Below, piece by piece: positions 45,214 to 53,929 of a stretch of DNA of 62,111 nt. The first letter of the stretch is position 1. Each line of letters starts with the position of its first letter. Origin of the DNA: an uncultured Myxococcales bacterium (GTDB taxonomy: Bacteria; Myxococcota; Kuafuiibacteriia; Kuafuiibacteriales; Kuafuiibacteriaceae); the NCBI GenBank assembly GCA_964477875.1, contig CAYZFR010000001.1, positions 1 through 62,111 on the forward strand. The letters are read 5' to 3'. The notes beneath the pieces were generated by a model that was not told the origin of the DNA, ran no database searches, and worked only from the letters and a program-made list of their open reading frames with translations. A program made the translations under genes and the position numbers.

Positions 45214-47346
45214 GTGAGCGCACAGAGCAAAATTGTTGGATTTCTTTTGAGCGGCTTGCTGCTGCTCGGATGTGGCGAGGAGCAGGGGGACCCGGGGGAG
45301 GTCGGTCTGCCCGGCGAAGCGGGCCCGAGCGGGCCAGCGGGCCCGAGAGGGCCGGCGGGGGCCGATGGCCAGGACGGCGCAGACGGCCGAGACGGGGTCG
45401 ATGGTATGGACGGGGTCGACGGGTTGGACGGCCGCGACGTATCGGCCGATGCCCTAGTCGGGCCCTTCTTCGCCGAGAACGACCGCATCTTGACCGACCC
45501 CTACCTCACCGGACCCACCGCCGATGGCGTGGTGGTGGCCTGGTTCACCGAGTTCGAGGGGGACGGGCACGAGGTCGTGTTCGGGGACGCGCTGCAGCAG
45601 CGGGTCGCTGCGACGACCACCCGAATGTCGCAGATGTTCGAAGACGCTTCCTCCCGCATCGCGGGCCGGCCGACGCCGGTTCCGGCCGAGGGGGAGGCGA
45701 TAGTGGATCGACCCGTCTACCGCCACGCCGCCTTGGTGACCGGTCTGGAGCCCGACGTTCGGGTGCCCTACTATGCGGTCAGCACCGTCAACGGGATCAG
45801 CTTCAAGTCCAGGGTCTTCACGCTGCAGCCGCTTCCTTCCGGAGACCGGCCGGTGCGTCTGTTGCTGACCTCGGATCAACAGAACCGCGCCATGGCCCCG
45901 GCCAACTACGAGAAGGTGGTCGAGACGGTGGGGCTCGTCGACGCGGTCCTCTTCGCCGGGGACTTCGTTGATACCCCGAACCGGGCCTCGGAGTGGTTCG
46001 ACCGTGACGACGAGGGGCGACCCTCCTTTTTCCCGTCGATGCAGGGACGCTTCAAGGCGCTGTTCCCCGAACATCCCTACGCCGGCGGGCAGATCCTCCA
46101 GCACGCGCCCGTGTTCGGCACCATTGGCAACCACGAGAGCCCCGGCCGCTTCGACCGAGCCGACACCTTGGGCACGATGGACAACGAGCCCCGTCCGCGC
46201 TGGTTCGCGGCCTGGCAGTGGGAGCAGCTGTCGCCGGCCGAGCAGGCCGCCACCAACATGACGCGGGACGAGTTCGTTCGGGCCCGGTCCTTCGATCACG
46301 TGACCTACTACGAGATGTGGGACCTGCCTGAGAACGGCGTCCAGGGCGAAGATCCGGAGAACTTCTTCAGCTTGACCTACGGAAACCTGCACCTGATCTC
46401 GATGAACGTGTCCAGGGTTTGGCGGAACTGGAACAACGGCTTCACCAATGGGGGCCGGGGCAAGTTCGCCGAGCCCAGCACCACCATCAACGACCTCGAC
46501 ACCTGGGGTTTTGGGGACATCTTCTTTGGCGACTACTCGCCGGGCTCGGCCCAGCGCATTTGGCTCGGAGACCAGCTGTCCAGTGCCGAGCTGGCGAGCG
46601 CCGACTTCTCGGTCGTCTTGACCCACCAGACGATGTTCGGGAACGGCGACAATGCCGTCCCGGTCATGGCGGACCCCGAAGCGCGCGTCACCTTCGTCGA
46701 TGGACGGGAACCAATTTTTACGACCTTCCCGGCCAGTGAGGCCGACTGGCAGGAGATCGTCGACGCCGCCGAACAGGGCCTCATCGAGAGCGTCAATTAC
46801 CGCTACCGTCGCGCCGACGATCTGTGGCTGGGCGTGGAGGATGAACTTCTGGCTGCTGGGGTCGATCTGGTGCTCGCGGGGCACTCCCACATCTGGAGCC
46901 GGACCTTCGTGGAAGAAAACGGCGTTCGCCTGAACTACCTCGAGACCTCGAACGTAGGGAACACCTTTGGGCCCACGGTCAACTTCAACAACCGGGTCCC
47001 CTGGGCGCGGCAGTTCTATCCGGACCCCGAGCTCGGCACGACGCGGGATCCGGACTTTTGGGATCCGAACGACTACGTGCGCACCGGCGACCCCCAGGGT
47101 CGGCCGGACATCCCGCCGAGCCGTGTGCCCGATGTGGACTTGATGCGCGACGTCGAGGGAGGCCCAGAGGGGCTGCCCTTCATCAGCTCCAATCGGATCA
47201 CGGTCTTCTCGGTCCTGGACACGGAGGACGGCACGGTTCGGTCCTACGGACACGACACCGCCTTCCCCCGGGCGCCTGCGGTCGAGGTCGACTGCTTCGC
47301 GCTGGACGAGAACGCCTCGCCCAACCCCTGCGATACGCCTCGGTAA
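45214..47346 (+). CDS. lipoprotein with collagen-like GXY stalk and purple-acid-phosphatase-like metallophosphoesterase domain
   Basis: AAGGAGAG lies 5 nt upstream of the GTG at 45214. FLLSGLLLLGCG is a lipobox. 17 uninterrupted GXY triplets follow. The metallophosphatase motifs are GDFVD, GNHE, VLTHQ and GHSHIW. Confidence 0.88.
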   Translation: MSAQSKIVGFLLSGLLLLGCGEEQGDPGEVGLPGEAGPSGPAGPRGPAGADGQDGADGRDGVDGMDGVDGLDGRDVSADALVGPFFAENDRILTDPYLTGPTADGVVVAWFTEFEGDGHEVVFGDALQQRVAATTTRMSQMFEDASSRIAGRPTPVPAEGEAIVDRPVYRHAALVTGLEPDVRVPYYAVSTVNGISFKSRVFTLQPLPSGDRPVRLLLTSDQQNRAMAPANYEKVVETVGLVDAVLFAGDFVDTPNRASEWFDRDDEGRPSFFPSMQGRFKALFPEHPYAGGQILQHAPVFGTIGNHESPGRFDRADTLGTMDNEPRPRWFAAWQWEQLSPAEQAATNMTRDEFVRARSFDHVTYYEMWDLPENGVQGEDPENFFSLTYGNLHLISMNVSRVWRNWNNGFTNGGRGKFAEPSTTINDLDTWGFGDIFFGDYSPGSAQRIWLGDQLSSAELASADFSVVLTHQTMFGNGDNAVPVMADPEARVTFVDGREPIFTTFPASEADWQEIVDAAEQGLIESVNYRYRRADDLWLGVEDELLAAGVDLVLAGHSHIWSRTFVEENGVRLNYLETSNVGNTFGPTVNFNNRVPWARQFYPDPELGTTRDPDFWDPNDYVRTGDPQGRPDIPPSRVPDVDLMRDVEGGPEGLPFISSNRITVFSVLDTEDGTVRSYGHDTAFPRAPAVEVDCFALDENASPNPCDTPR
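45286..45438 (+). repeat. collagen-like triplet repeat, 17 x Gly-X-Y (coding)
   Basis: The translation is GDPGEVGLPGEAGPSGPAGPRGPAGADGQDGADGRDGVDGMDGVDGLDGRD, with Gly at every third residue. Confidence 0.9.
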
Positions 47347-47426
47347 ATCCGTTCTTCAGCACTCCCTAGGGCCCGCGTCCCTCGTCGACCTGAGCGACGG
47401 GGGGCGCATCACCTTGGTCTTGGCCC

Positions 47427-47795
47427 TCAGCTCGTGGGAGCTTTTCTTCTTCGGCGCGCCAGTCGCGCGAGCAAGCCTGCAAGCAGGAGCCAAGCCATCG
47501 GGGCAGGGCCTGCGTTCTGACAGTCGACGAGGTCGAGGACGCACTCGTTGTTGTTGGAGCAGCGCTCGTTTGTACCGCACTGGCTGTCGTTCACGCACTC
47601 CACGCAGGTGCCGGCCGAGCGGTCGGAGACGCCTATACAGATCGGTCGGTCGTCGAGGGCCTCGCGGCACTGGCTGCTGCGGGTGCAGCAGTCGTGGAAC
47701 TGCGACTGGCAGAGCTCCACCGGATTGGGGTCGCCGCCGCAGGCCAAGCCGCAGGCGAGTAGGCCCGCGACGCCTCCCATAGTCATGATTCGCAT
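47427..47795 (-). CDS. Cys-rich secreted protein with MYXO-CTERM-type C-terminal sorting signal
   Basis: MRIMTMGGVAGLLACGLACGG is the signal peptide. 17 Cys (two in the signal peptide). The tail CQNAGPAPMAWLLLAGLLARLARRRRK has the pattern Cys, small residues, hydrophobic helix, Arg cluster. Confidence 0.8.
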   Translation of the reverse strand: MRIMTMGGVAGLLACGLACGGDPNPVELCQSQFHDCCTRSSQCREALDDRPICIGVSDRSAGTCVECVNDSQCGTNERCSNNNECVLDLVDCQNAGPAPMAWLLLAGLLARLARRRRKAPTS

Positions 47796-47899
47796 GCCGA
47801 TCGCAAGCTGAGCCGTCGAAGGAGACCGCGTCAACGACGTGGCCGCGCGCACTTCCCTGGAGGATAGGAGCCCCTACCGAGGGGCGTGCGGTCCCGCCT

Positions 47900-48385
47900 T
47901 TAACTGTCGACGGTCCGGAAGCTTCGTGTCTCTTTCGAGAAGCTGCAGTCGGTCGTCATCCCCTCTGAGATACTGCCCAGGCCCCATCCAAAAAGGACAA
48001 GACCGCGTTCGGGGAGCGCAGCCAGGTCGGCGGTGTACACGAGGACCGTGTTGAGTTCCTCGTATGTGTAGTCGCTGATTATCGTGTCTCCGATTCGAAT
48101 CAGAGGGTCCAGCCCACCCGCTAGAAACGGAGACGTACTCCGGACACGGAACTGAACCCTGCCTCCTCCCATGTCGGTGACGCTCAACTCGGTCAAAGCC
48201 TGCCCGCGGAGCTCGAAGTCGAGCGGACCGCAGGTCTTGTCCACCTCGGCTTCATTGACCGAGGGATGCTCGACACCGTCGGGAGCCTGCAGTCCGTCTC
48301 CGGACTCGGACCCACATGCAACTGTAAGGCCGAGCATGGCCAACGAGGCGAGGGGATGATGATGTCGATTCTTGCGAAACTTCAT
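47900..48385 (-). CDS. hypothetical lipoprotein
   Basis: MKFRKNRHHHPLASLAMLGLTVACGSE is a lipobox. No other motif recognised. The gene is visibly more A/T-rich than its neighbours. Confidence 0.6.
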   Translation of the reverse strand: MKFRKNRHHHPLASLAMLGLTVACGSESGDGLQAPDGVEHPSVNEAEVDKTCGPLDFELRGQALTELSVTDMGGGRVQFRVRSTSPFLAGGLDPLIRIGDTIISDYTYEELNTVLVYTADLAALPERGLVLFGWGLGSISEGMTTDCSFSKETRSFRTVDS

Positions 48386-48504
48386 CTCCGGTTCGAAGGT
48401 CGACCACTTCCCCGTCGTTGACAAGCTGTCTCATCGAACCTGTTCGAGGCCCGAGCGCGTGAAACGAGTCGTCGTGGCCAGGACGATGGAGGGCTCTCGA
48501 CCCT

Positions 48505-49812
48505 TCAGTCCGAGACGACTTCGAGGGCGTAGAGCGAGCCCTCATTGGCGGCGAAGTAGATCCGGTCTCGAACCCAGATGGGCGAAGCGGTAATCGGGCC
48601 GTCGGCGGTGAAGCTCCAGACCGCGTCGCCGGTGGCCGCATCCACTCCCCACAGCGTTCCGGAGTCCGAGCCAACCACCAGGCCGTCACCGGCGCCGTTC
48701 ACCGCGGGGGAGCTGCGAATCCCACCTTGGACGTCGATGCGCCATTCGACGTCTCCCGTGTCCAGGTCGAGAGCGAGCAGGGCGTCCCGACGGAGGGGCG
48801 TACCCACGTACACCCGACCGGTGCCTTCGTGTATGGCCGCGGAGCCCATGAAAGCGCCGCCAACTCGGGTCTCCCATACCGTCTCCCCTGTCCGACGGCG
48901 CAGTGCGTAGATCGACCCGTCCCAGGTGGGGACCACGACCAGATCTCGGTCCGGGCTCACCGCCGGGGTCGTCTTGATGTCCGCGCCGGAGCTGCCTGGC
49001 TCGGGTTCGAAGTCTCGGCTCCAGACCGTTTCGCCGGTCTGGCTGTCCATGCTGAAGAAAACGCCGTTGTTGGCGCCCACGAAGACCAGGCCGGCCTCCG
49101 GGTCCACCGCCACCGATGAGTGGATGTAGTCGTCTTGGACCACGCTTCGCCAGACCTCCTCTCCGGTCCGCGGGTCGTTCCGGGTCACGAAGCCCGCGCC
49201 CGAGCCGTTCGACCCGAGGGTCTCGTGGCTGAGGTACAGGGCGTTGTCCTCGGGCACGTAGACCGGGCTCGAGCCGATCCATCGACCAGGCCGAGCATCG
49301 TAGATCTCGCGGCCGCTCTTTGCGTCCAAGGCGTGAAGGTAGCCGGAGTAGGTCCCGATCCAGACCACGGACTTGGCGGCGGCGGGCGAGCCGTGGATGC
49401 CCTTCTCGTGACCGCTGAGCCGTCGGCTCCAGCGCGGGTCGCCGGTCCGCCGGTCGAAGGACCACATCACGCCGTCGTCCGAGGGATAGTAGAGCGCATC
49501 ATCCCAGACCGCGCCCGAAGGCTTCACGGCGGAGTAGGCGAGCTTTAGGAACCCCTCGCGCCGCCATTCGATCGTGACGGCGTTCCCCAGGAGCCCGCTT
49601 TCGCTTACGCCCTGACGAAGGGGGCCGTTCCGGAACGAGGTCCAGTCCTGGGATGCGGCCGGGCCGAAGAGGGCCCGACCCCGATTGGAGCCGCACCCCC
49701 CAACGCACCGCTCGCCTGACGGCCCGCAAGCGGCGCCGAGGGTCAGGGAAAGGGCGGTGACCGCGGGTGGGAGGACCCGGCGTCTGACCGCGCTTTCCCA
49801 GGTTGGCCTCAC
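48505..49812 (-). CDS. PQQ-like (BamB-type) beta-propeller repeat lipoprotein
   Basis: Repeated YALD..TGE.VW motifs are present (LHALDAKSGREIY, FFSMDSQTGETVWS, IYALRRRTGETVWE, LLALDLDTGDVEWR, LWGVDAATGDAVWS). The GTG start at 49812 gives the signal ...AVTALSLTLGAACG. The longer ORF runs through the tRNA-Ala gene. Confidence 0.85.
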   Translation of the reverse strand: MRPTWESAVRRRVLPPAVTALSLTLGAACGPSGERCVGGCGSNRGRALFGPAASQDWTSFRNGPLRQGVSESGLLGNAVTIEWRREGFLKLAYSAVKPSGAVWDDALYYPSDDGVMWSFDRRTGDPRWSRRLSGHEKGIHGSPAAAKSVVWIGTYSGYLHALDAKSGREIYDARPGRWIGSSPVYVPEDNALYLSHETLGSNGSGAGFVTRNDPRTGEEVWRSVVQDDYIHSSVAVDPEAGLVFVGANNGVFFSMDSQTGETVWSRDFEPEPGSSGADIKTTPAVSPDRDLVVVPTWDGSIYALRRRTGETVWETRVGGAFMGSAAIHEGTGRVYVGTPLRRDALLALDLDTGDVEWRIDVQGGIRSSPAVNGAGDGLVVGSDSGTLWGVDAATGDAVWSFTADGPITASPIWVRDRIYFAANEGSLYALEVVSD

Positions 49813-49838
49813 TCGTCCAAGCCCTCTGAATCGTTGAG

Positions 49839-49911
<73 letters not shown>

Positions 49912-50025
49912 ATGGGATCCCGGCCCGTTCAAGACCAGGAGCAGGGTGGTAACAGAGCCCTGGGGGGTCGTCAATGTTCCTCGGTCTTGCGGGTGGCGGC
50001 TCCGGCGTCACGTCACGCGGCACGG

Positions 50026-50050
50026 TCTGACACAGCAAGGATGTGTCAGA
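50026..50050. promoter_or_regulatory. perfect 9-bp inverted repeat with 7-nt spacer between tRNA-Ala and the TSP3-repeat gene
   Basis: TCTGACACA-gcaagga-TGTGTCAGA. Confidence 0.35.
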
Positions 50051-50156
50051 ACGCGTGGGATTCTCGGTTTTCGGGCCGATCTGGCCTCGGCGGTGTTGGC
50101 CCGATGGTTGCTCTTCACCTCCCCGTGGCCCTGCGGGGCACGGAAGGAGACAGACC

Positions 50157-50825
50157 ATGAAACTCATCACTGCGCTCGGCGCGACGACCCTCACCTTTTC
50201 TCTGGCAGCCCCTGCGGCGGCCCAGCTTTTTCGGCCCCTGGACATCGATCTTCGGACCGGCGAGGCGCTTTCGCCTTCGGGACCGCTGAGCCCTGCGCCG
50301 GTGCTGGCGGAGCCCATTAGCTTCGGCTACGACCCCGACGGGGACGGACACACCGGCCTCGCCGACAACTGCCCCCAGGACAACAACCGCTCCCAGGCCG
50401 ATATCGACGTCGACGGCCTCGGGGACGTCTGCGACCCGCGGCCAGCGAACATCTGCGAAGGCGGCCCCGACTTCCTCGTCATGTCCGTGGATTCGGTTCA
50501 GCCCGAGGACATGTACGCCTTCCCGACCGACCCTAACTATGTGAGGGCCATCTTGGCGGTCGTCCACCGACAAGAGTCCTCGGTGCGGGACAGCATGGCG
50601 CGGCTCTATGATCAGAATCCCAAGGCCGACGAGCTTCAGCTGATGCTGGAGGTCATGGCCTGGGCGAAGATGGTGCGATCCGACGACTACTACGCCTTCC
50701 AGATGCGGACCAAGGAGCTGAAGAGCGGGGAGGTGCACCCTCTCGACCCGTACGCCGCCCGCATTCTGGCCGACTACTGCACCCTGTCGGAAATCGGCCT
50801 CGAGCCGGCGGTCGAGCTTCCCTGA
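50157..50825 (+). CDS. secreted protein with thrombospondin type-3-like calcium-binding repeats
   Basis: GGAAGGAGA lies upstream of the ATG. MKLITALGATTLTFSLAAPAAAQ is the signal peptide. DPDGDGHTGLADNCPQDNNRSQADIDVDGLGDVCDP carries the TSP3-like repeats. Confidence 0.8.
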   Translation: MKLITALGATTLTFSLAAPAAAQLFRPLDIDLRTGEALSPSGPLSPAPVLAEPISFGYDPDGDGHTGLADNCPQDNNRSQADIDVDGLGDVCDPRPANICEGGPDFLVMSVDSVQPEDMYAFPTDPNYVRAILAVVHRQESSVRDSMARLYDQNPKADELQLMLEVMAWAKMVRSDDYYAFQMRTKELKSGEVHPLDPYAARILADYCTLSEIGLEPAVELP

Positions 50826-50828
50826 GCC

Positions 50829-51590
50829 TCAAAGAAAGGCCTCGATGCGACCGTGGTGGAACACCTCGTCCGGGCCGGACTCGGTCCGGACGAGGAGCCC
50901 GCCTTCTTTGATGCCCAGCAATCGACCTTGCACCTCCCGGCGACCATCGCCCCACCGGATGGCTCGGCCTACCCCGTACGCACGGGCCGTCCACTCGGCC
51001 TCCGAAGGTCTAGGCCCCGACCTCGCGAAGTCTCGACAGCGTCGGTCCAGCCCCACCGCCAGGGCGTCGCACCACCCCTCCAAGGATCGGTCTTCCACCG
51101 CCCCGAGCTCGAACAAGCTGATGGTGTCGCCCTCCCGCTCGGCGGGACGGAGGTTCAGGCCGATCCCGATGACGACGTGCTCCAGCCGGGTCTCGCTGAT
51201 GGCGCCCTCGACCAAGATGCCTGCCACCTTGGCCTGGGCTCGGGACCCGCCGGCCACCCACACGTCGTTGGGCCACTTCAGGGCCAGGCGGTCGGTCACC
51301 GGGGGGCCGATGGCGTCGAGCAGCGCCAGGCCGGCGAGCAGGGTCAGCATGGGCGACTGGGCCGGGGTCACCTCGGGCCGGCATACGAAAGAGGCGTAAA
51401 GACCCGCTCCCGGCGGCGAGGACCAGCGGCGGCCCCGCTGGCCCCGCCCGGCGGTCTGGGTGCCGGCTACGATCACCGCCGGAAGCGACCGGCCTGCCCG
51501 GGCCCAGGCGCCGGCCCTGTCGTTGGTGGAGGGCAGGGTGGCGTGTCGCTCCAGCCACCACCCCGAGGGCAGGCGCTCGGGCTCAGGCAT
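50829..51590 (-). CDS. birA: biotin--[acetyl-CoA-carboxylase] ligase, class I (no N-terminal HTH)
   Basis: LPSTNDRA...AGTQTAGRGQRGRRWSSPPGAGLYAS (GRGRxGRxW loop)...KWPNDV. The protein starts directly at the catalytic domain. Confidence 0.88.
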   Translation of the reverse strand: MPEPERLPSGWWLERHATLPSTNDRAGAWARAGRSLPAVIVAGTQTAGRGQRGRRWSSPPGAGLYASFVCRPEVTPAQSPMLTLLAGLALLDAIGPPVTDRLALKWPNDVWVAGGSRAQAKVAGILVEGAISETRLEHVVIGIGLNLRPAEREGDTISLFELGAVEDRSLEGWCDALAVGLDRRCRDFARSGPRPSEAEWTARAYGVGRAIRWGDGRREVQGRLLGIKEGGLLVRTESGPDEVFHHGRIEAFL

Positions 51591-52422
51591 CCCAATCGAG
51601 GCCGATGTCGACCGCCCGGGCGCTGTGGGTGAGGGCGCCCATCGAGATGAAGTCGATGCCCAAGGCGGCGATCTTCGGGATCCGCTCCAGCGTGATCCCA
51701 CCGCTGGCTTCGGTGAGGGCCCGGCCGTCGATGCGCCGAAGGGCCTCGGCCATGGTCTCGTCGCTCATGTTGTCGAGCAGGATGATGTCGGCCCCCGCCT
51801 CGATCGCTTCATCGACCTGGTCGAGCTCATCGCACTCCACCTCCACCTTGAGGAGGTGATGGGCTTCGGTCCGGGCGCGCTCGATCGCCGCCGTCAGCTC
51901 CCCCACCGCGGCGATGTGGTTGTCCTTGATCAGGATCCCGTCGAACAGCCCCACCCGGTGGTTGAAGGCGCCGCCGGCCCGGACGGCGGCCTTCTCCAAC
52001 GACCGAAGCCCCGGGGTCGTCTTGCGCGTGTCGACGATCTTGGTGGCGTGGGACCCGACCGCCTCTTGGGCCTGGCGAGCCAGGGTGGCGATGCCGCTCA
52101 GGCGCTGAAGCAAGTTGAGGGCGGTCCGCTCGCCGGTGAGCATGCCCCGTACCGGCCCCTGGAGCCGGCCCAGCACCTCGCCCGGCTCGGCGTGCCGGCC
52201 GTCCGTCTCCTCGAAACCGACCTGGACCGCGGGCTCCAGCTGCTGAAACACCTCCCGTACCGCCGCCGTGCCGGCCAGGACCAAGGGCTCTCGGGCCCGG
52301 AACAGCGCCGCTCCCATGGCGTCGGGCGCGATGATCGCGCTCGTCACGTCGCCGGGCCCGATGTCCTCCTCCAGCGCCAGGGTGATCAGCCGCCGCGCGT
52401 GGGCGTCGAGGGCGTCGCGCAT
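51583..52422 (-). CDS. nadC: nicotinate-nucleotide diphosphorylase (quinolinate phosphoribosyltransferase)
   Basis: ALEEDIGPGDVTS...GERTALNLLQRLSGIAT...DTRKTTPGLR...ILIKDNHI...LLDNM...ASGGI. It overlaps the birA start by 8 nt. Confidence 0.92.
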   Translation of the reverse strand: MRDALDAHARRLITLALEEDIGPGDVTSAIIAPDAMGAALFRAREPLVLAGTAAVREVFQQLEPAVQVGFEETDGRHAEPGEVLGRLQGPVRGMLTGERTALNLLQRLSGIATLARQAQEAVGSHATKIVDTRKTTPGLRSLEKAAVRAGGAFNHRVGLFDGILIKDNHIAAVGELTAAIERARTEAHHLLKVEVECDELDQVDEAIEAGADIILLDNMSDETMAEALRRIDGRALTEASGGITLERIPKIAALGIDFISMGALTHSARAVDIGLDWDA

Positions 52423-52424
52423 GC

Positions 52425-53840
52425 TCAGAAGCGAAGCACGGCGGTGGCCATGAAGCCGACCCGCAAGATGCCTTTGGCGATGAAACGACCCCCGACCGCG
52501 TCGTAGCGGGGGTCGAAAAAGCGGGAGCGCTCGTCTTCGCCGAGGCTGTTGCGGCGGTTGATCCGCCCGGTGCAGGAAGTGGAGCCGCACACGTCGTTCG
52601 GCACCACGGCGGGGTCGGTGTCCTCGCCGGGGCTCTCGCCGGTGATGAAGTGGTCGTTCTGAAATCCGACCATGGCCACCGCCGAGAAGCTGAAGATCTC
52701 GAGGGGCTGGAGCCGAAAGCCGATGTGACCGTCCATCTGAAAGTGTTCCTCGACTCGGGTGAATTCGCCACAGGGCACGCCGGGGAGCAGCGGGTCGCCA
52801 GTCGCGGGGTCGGTCAGACAGCTCACGTCGAGGCCGCTCGAGAAGCGGCTGTAGTTCATGGGGTCGGCGAAGTCCGCGCGACCGGCGAAGTCGGCGTCGA
52901 CCCGGGTCTGATCGAAGTCGGGCAGGTAGTCGCTGAGCTGGCTCCGGGTCCGACCCGAGCCGATGAAGCGAAAGGCGAGGCCGAAGTCCAAGCCGTAGTA
53001 GCTGCCTTTGGCTGGGTCCTCGGAGATGATGACTTCGCTGCCGGTCCGAACCCGGCCCACCGGCGGCGGCTCGTAGCCCAGATCCTCGAGCTCGGCGTTC
53101 GCGATCGGCAGCTCGACCCCGAGCTCGAAGTAAGGCTCGAAGGTGGGGGCGCCCCAAGCGCTCCGCTTGGACATGGCCAGCGAGAGGTCGAAGGTCGTCT
53201 GCCCGCTACCCACGCCGCCGCTGCCGTCGATTTGGGGCAGGGCGTTCACGTCGGCGGGATCCCAGGGGTCGCCGGTCGGAAAGGTGACGTTCACGCCCAG
53301 GGTCAGGGTCGGAAAGGCCCGGTTGGGCCGGTCTTCGACCACCGACCAAAACAGCCCCGCCCCCAGATCCCCGAAGCCGGCTCGGTTTCGCTCCTGGGGC
53401 ACGGTGCTGATCGGGAAGCGGGTGGCAAAGGCGGGGTCGTCGGCGTTGGTGCTCCCGAAGATGGTCGAGTTACCGGCCACGCCTTCGGCGAACTGGATCG
53501 AGGAGTCTGCCTGGAGCACCACCGGCGCCCGGAGGCGAAACTCGAGCCGCTGCACCAGCCCGACCCGGGCCTGGAGGACCAGCTCTCGGCGGATCGCCTC
53601 GTAGTCGAGCTCCCGGACTTCCTCGAAGCTGCCGTCGGGAGCGTTCTGCACGAACTCCCGGGAGATGCCGGCCTTCTCCCAGTACTGCTCGAAGCCGACC
53701 GAGAGCCGGAACTGGGGGAGCTTGCGCTCGGAAGTGACGCCTTCCAGGGCCAGGACCGACTCCGCGGCCCCGGCGTCGGTCGCGCACAGGAGGGCCCCGG
53801 CCACGAGCCCGGCCGGTCGGAGCAGCCCCCTCATCATCAT
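52425..53840 (-). CDS. putative outer-membrane beta-barrel protein
   Basis: MMMRGLLRPAGLVAGALLCATDAGAAE is the signal peptide. An amphipathic strand pattern runs throughout. The protein ends ...ATAVLRF. Its stop lies 2 nt from the nadC start. Confidence 0.7.
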   Translation of the reverse strand: MMMRGLLRPAGLVAGALLCATDAGAAESVLALEGVTSERKLPQFRLSVGFEQYWEKAGISREFVQNAPDGSFEEVRELDYEAIRRELVLQARVGLVQRLEFRLRAPVVLQADSSIQFAEGVAGNSTIFGSTNADDPAFATRFPISTVPQERNRAGFGDLGAGLFWSVVEDRPNRAFPTLTLGVNVTFPTGDPWDPADVNALPQIDGSGGVGSGQTTFDLSLAMSKRSAWGAPTFEPYFELGVELPIANAELEDLGYEPPPVGRVRTGSEVIISEDPAKGSYYGLDFGLAFRFIGSGRTRSQLSDYLPDFDQTRVDADFAGRADFADPMNYSRFSSGLDVSCLTDPATGDPLLPGVPCGEFTRVEEHFQMDGHIGFRLQPLEIFSFSAVAMVGFQNDHFITGESPGEDTDPAVVPNDVCGSTSCTGRINRRNSLGEDERSRFFDPRYDAVGGRFIAKGILRVGFMATAVLRF

Positions 53841-53929
53841 CTACAGGGCTAGTCCCAGCCAGGAGTGAGGTCAAGACGACGGCCCGGTCGGACCAGCGCC
53901 CGACGCGAAAGCCGTGTCGGGACGAGGCG

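Noticed and set aside
53841-53929. Sigma-54 promoter between the NtrC-type gene and the OMP-like gene (CTGGCTGGGACTAGCC).
   Set aside because: The GG-to-GC spacing is one nucleotide short, and the element would sit about 8 nt from the start codon.
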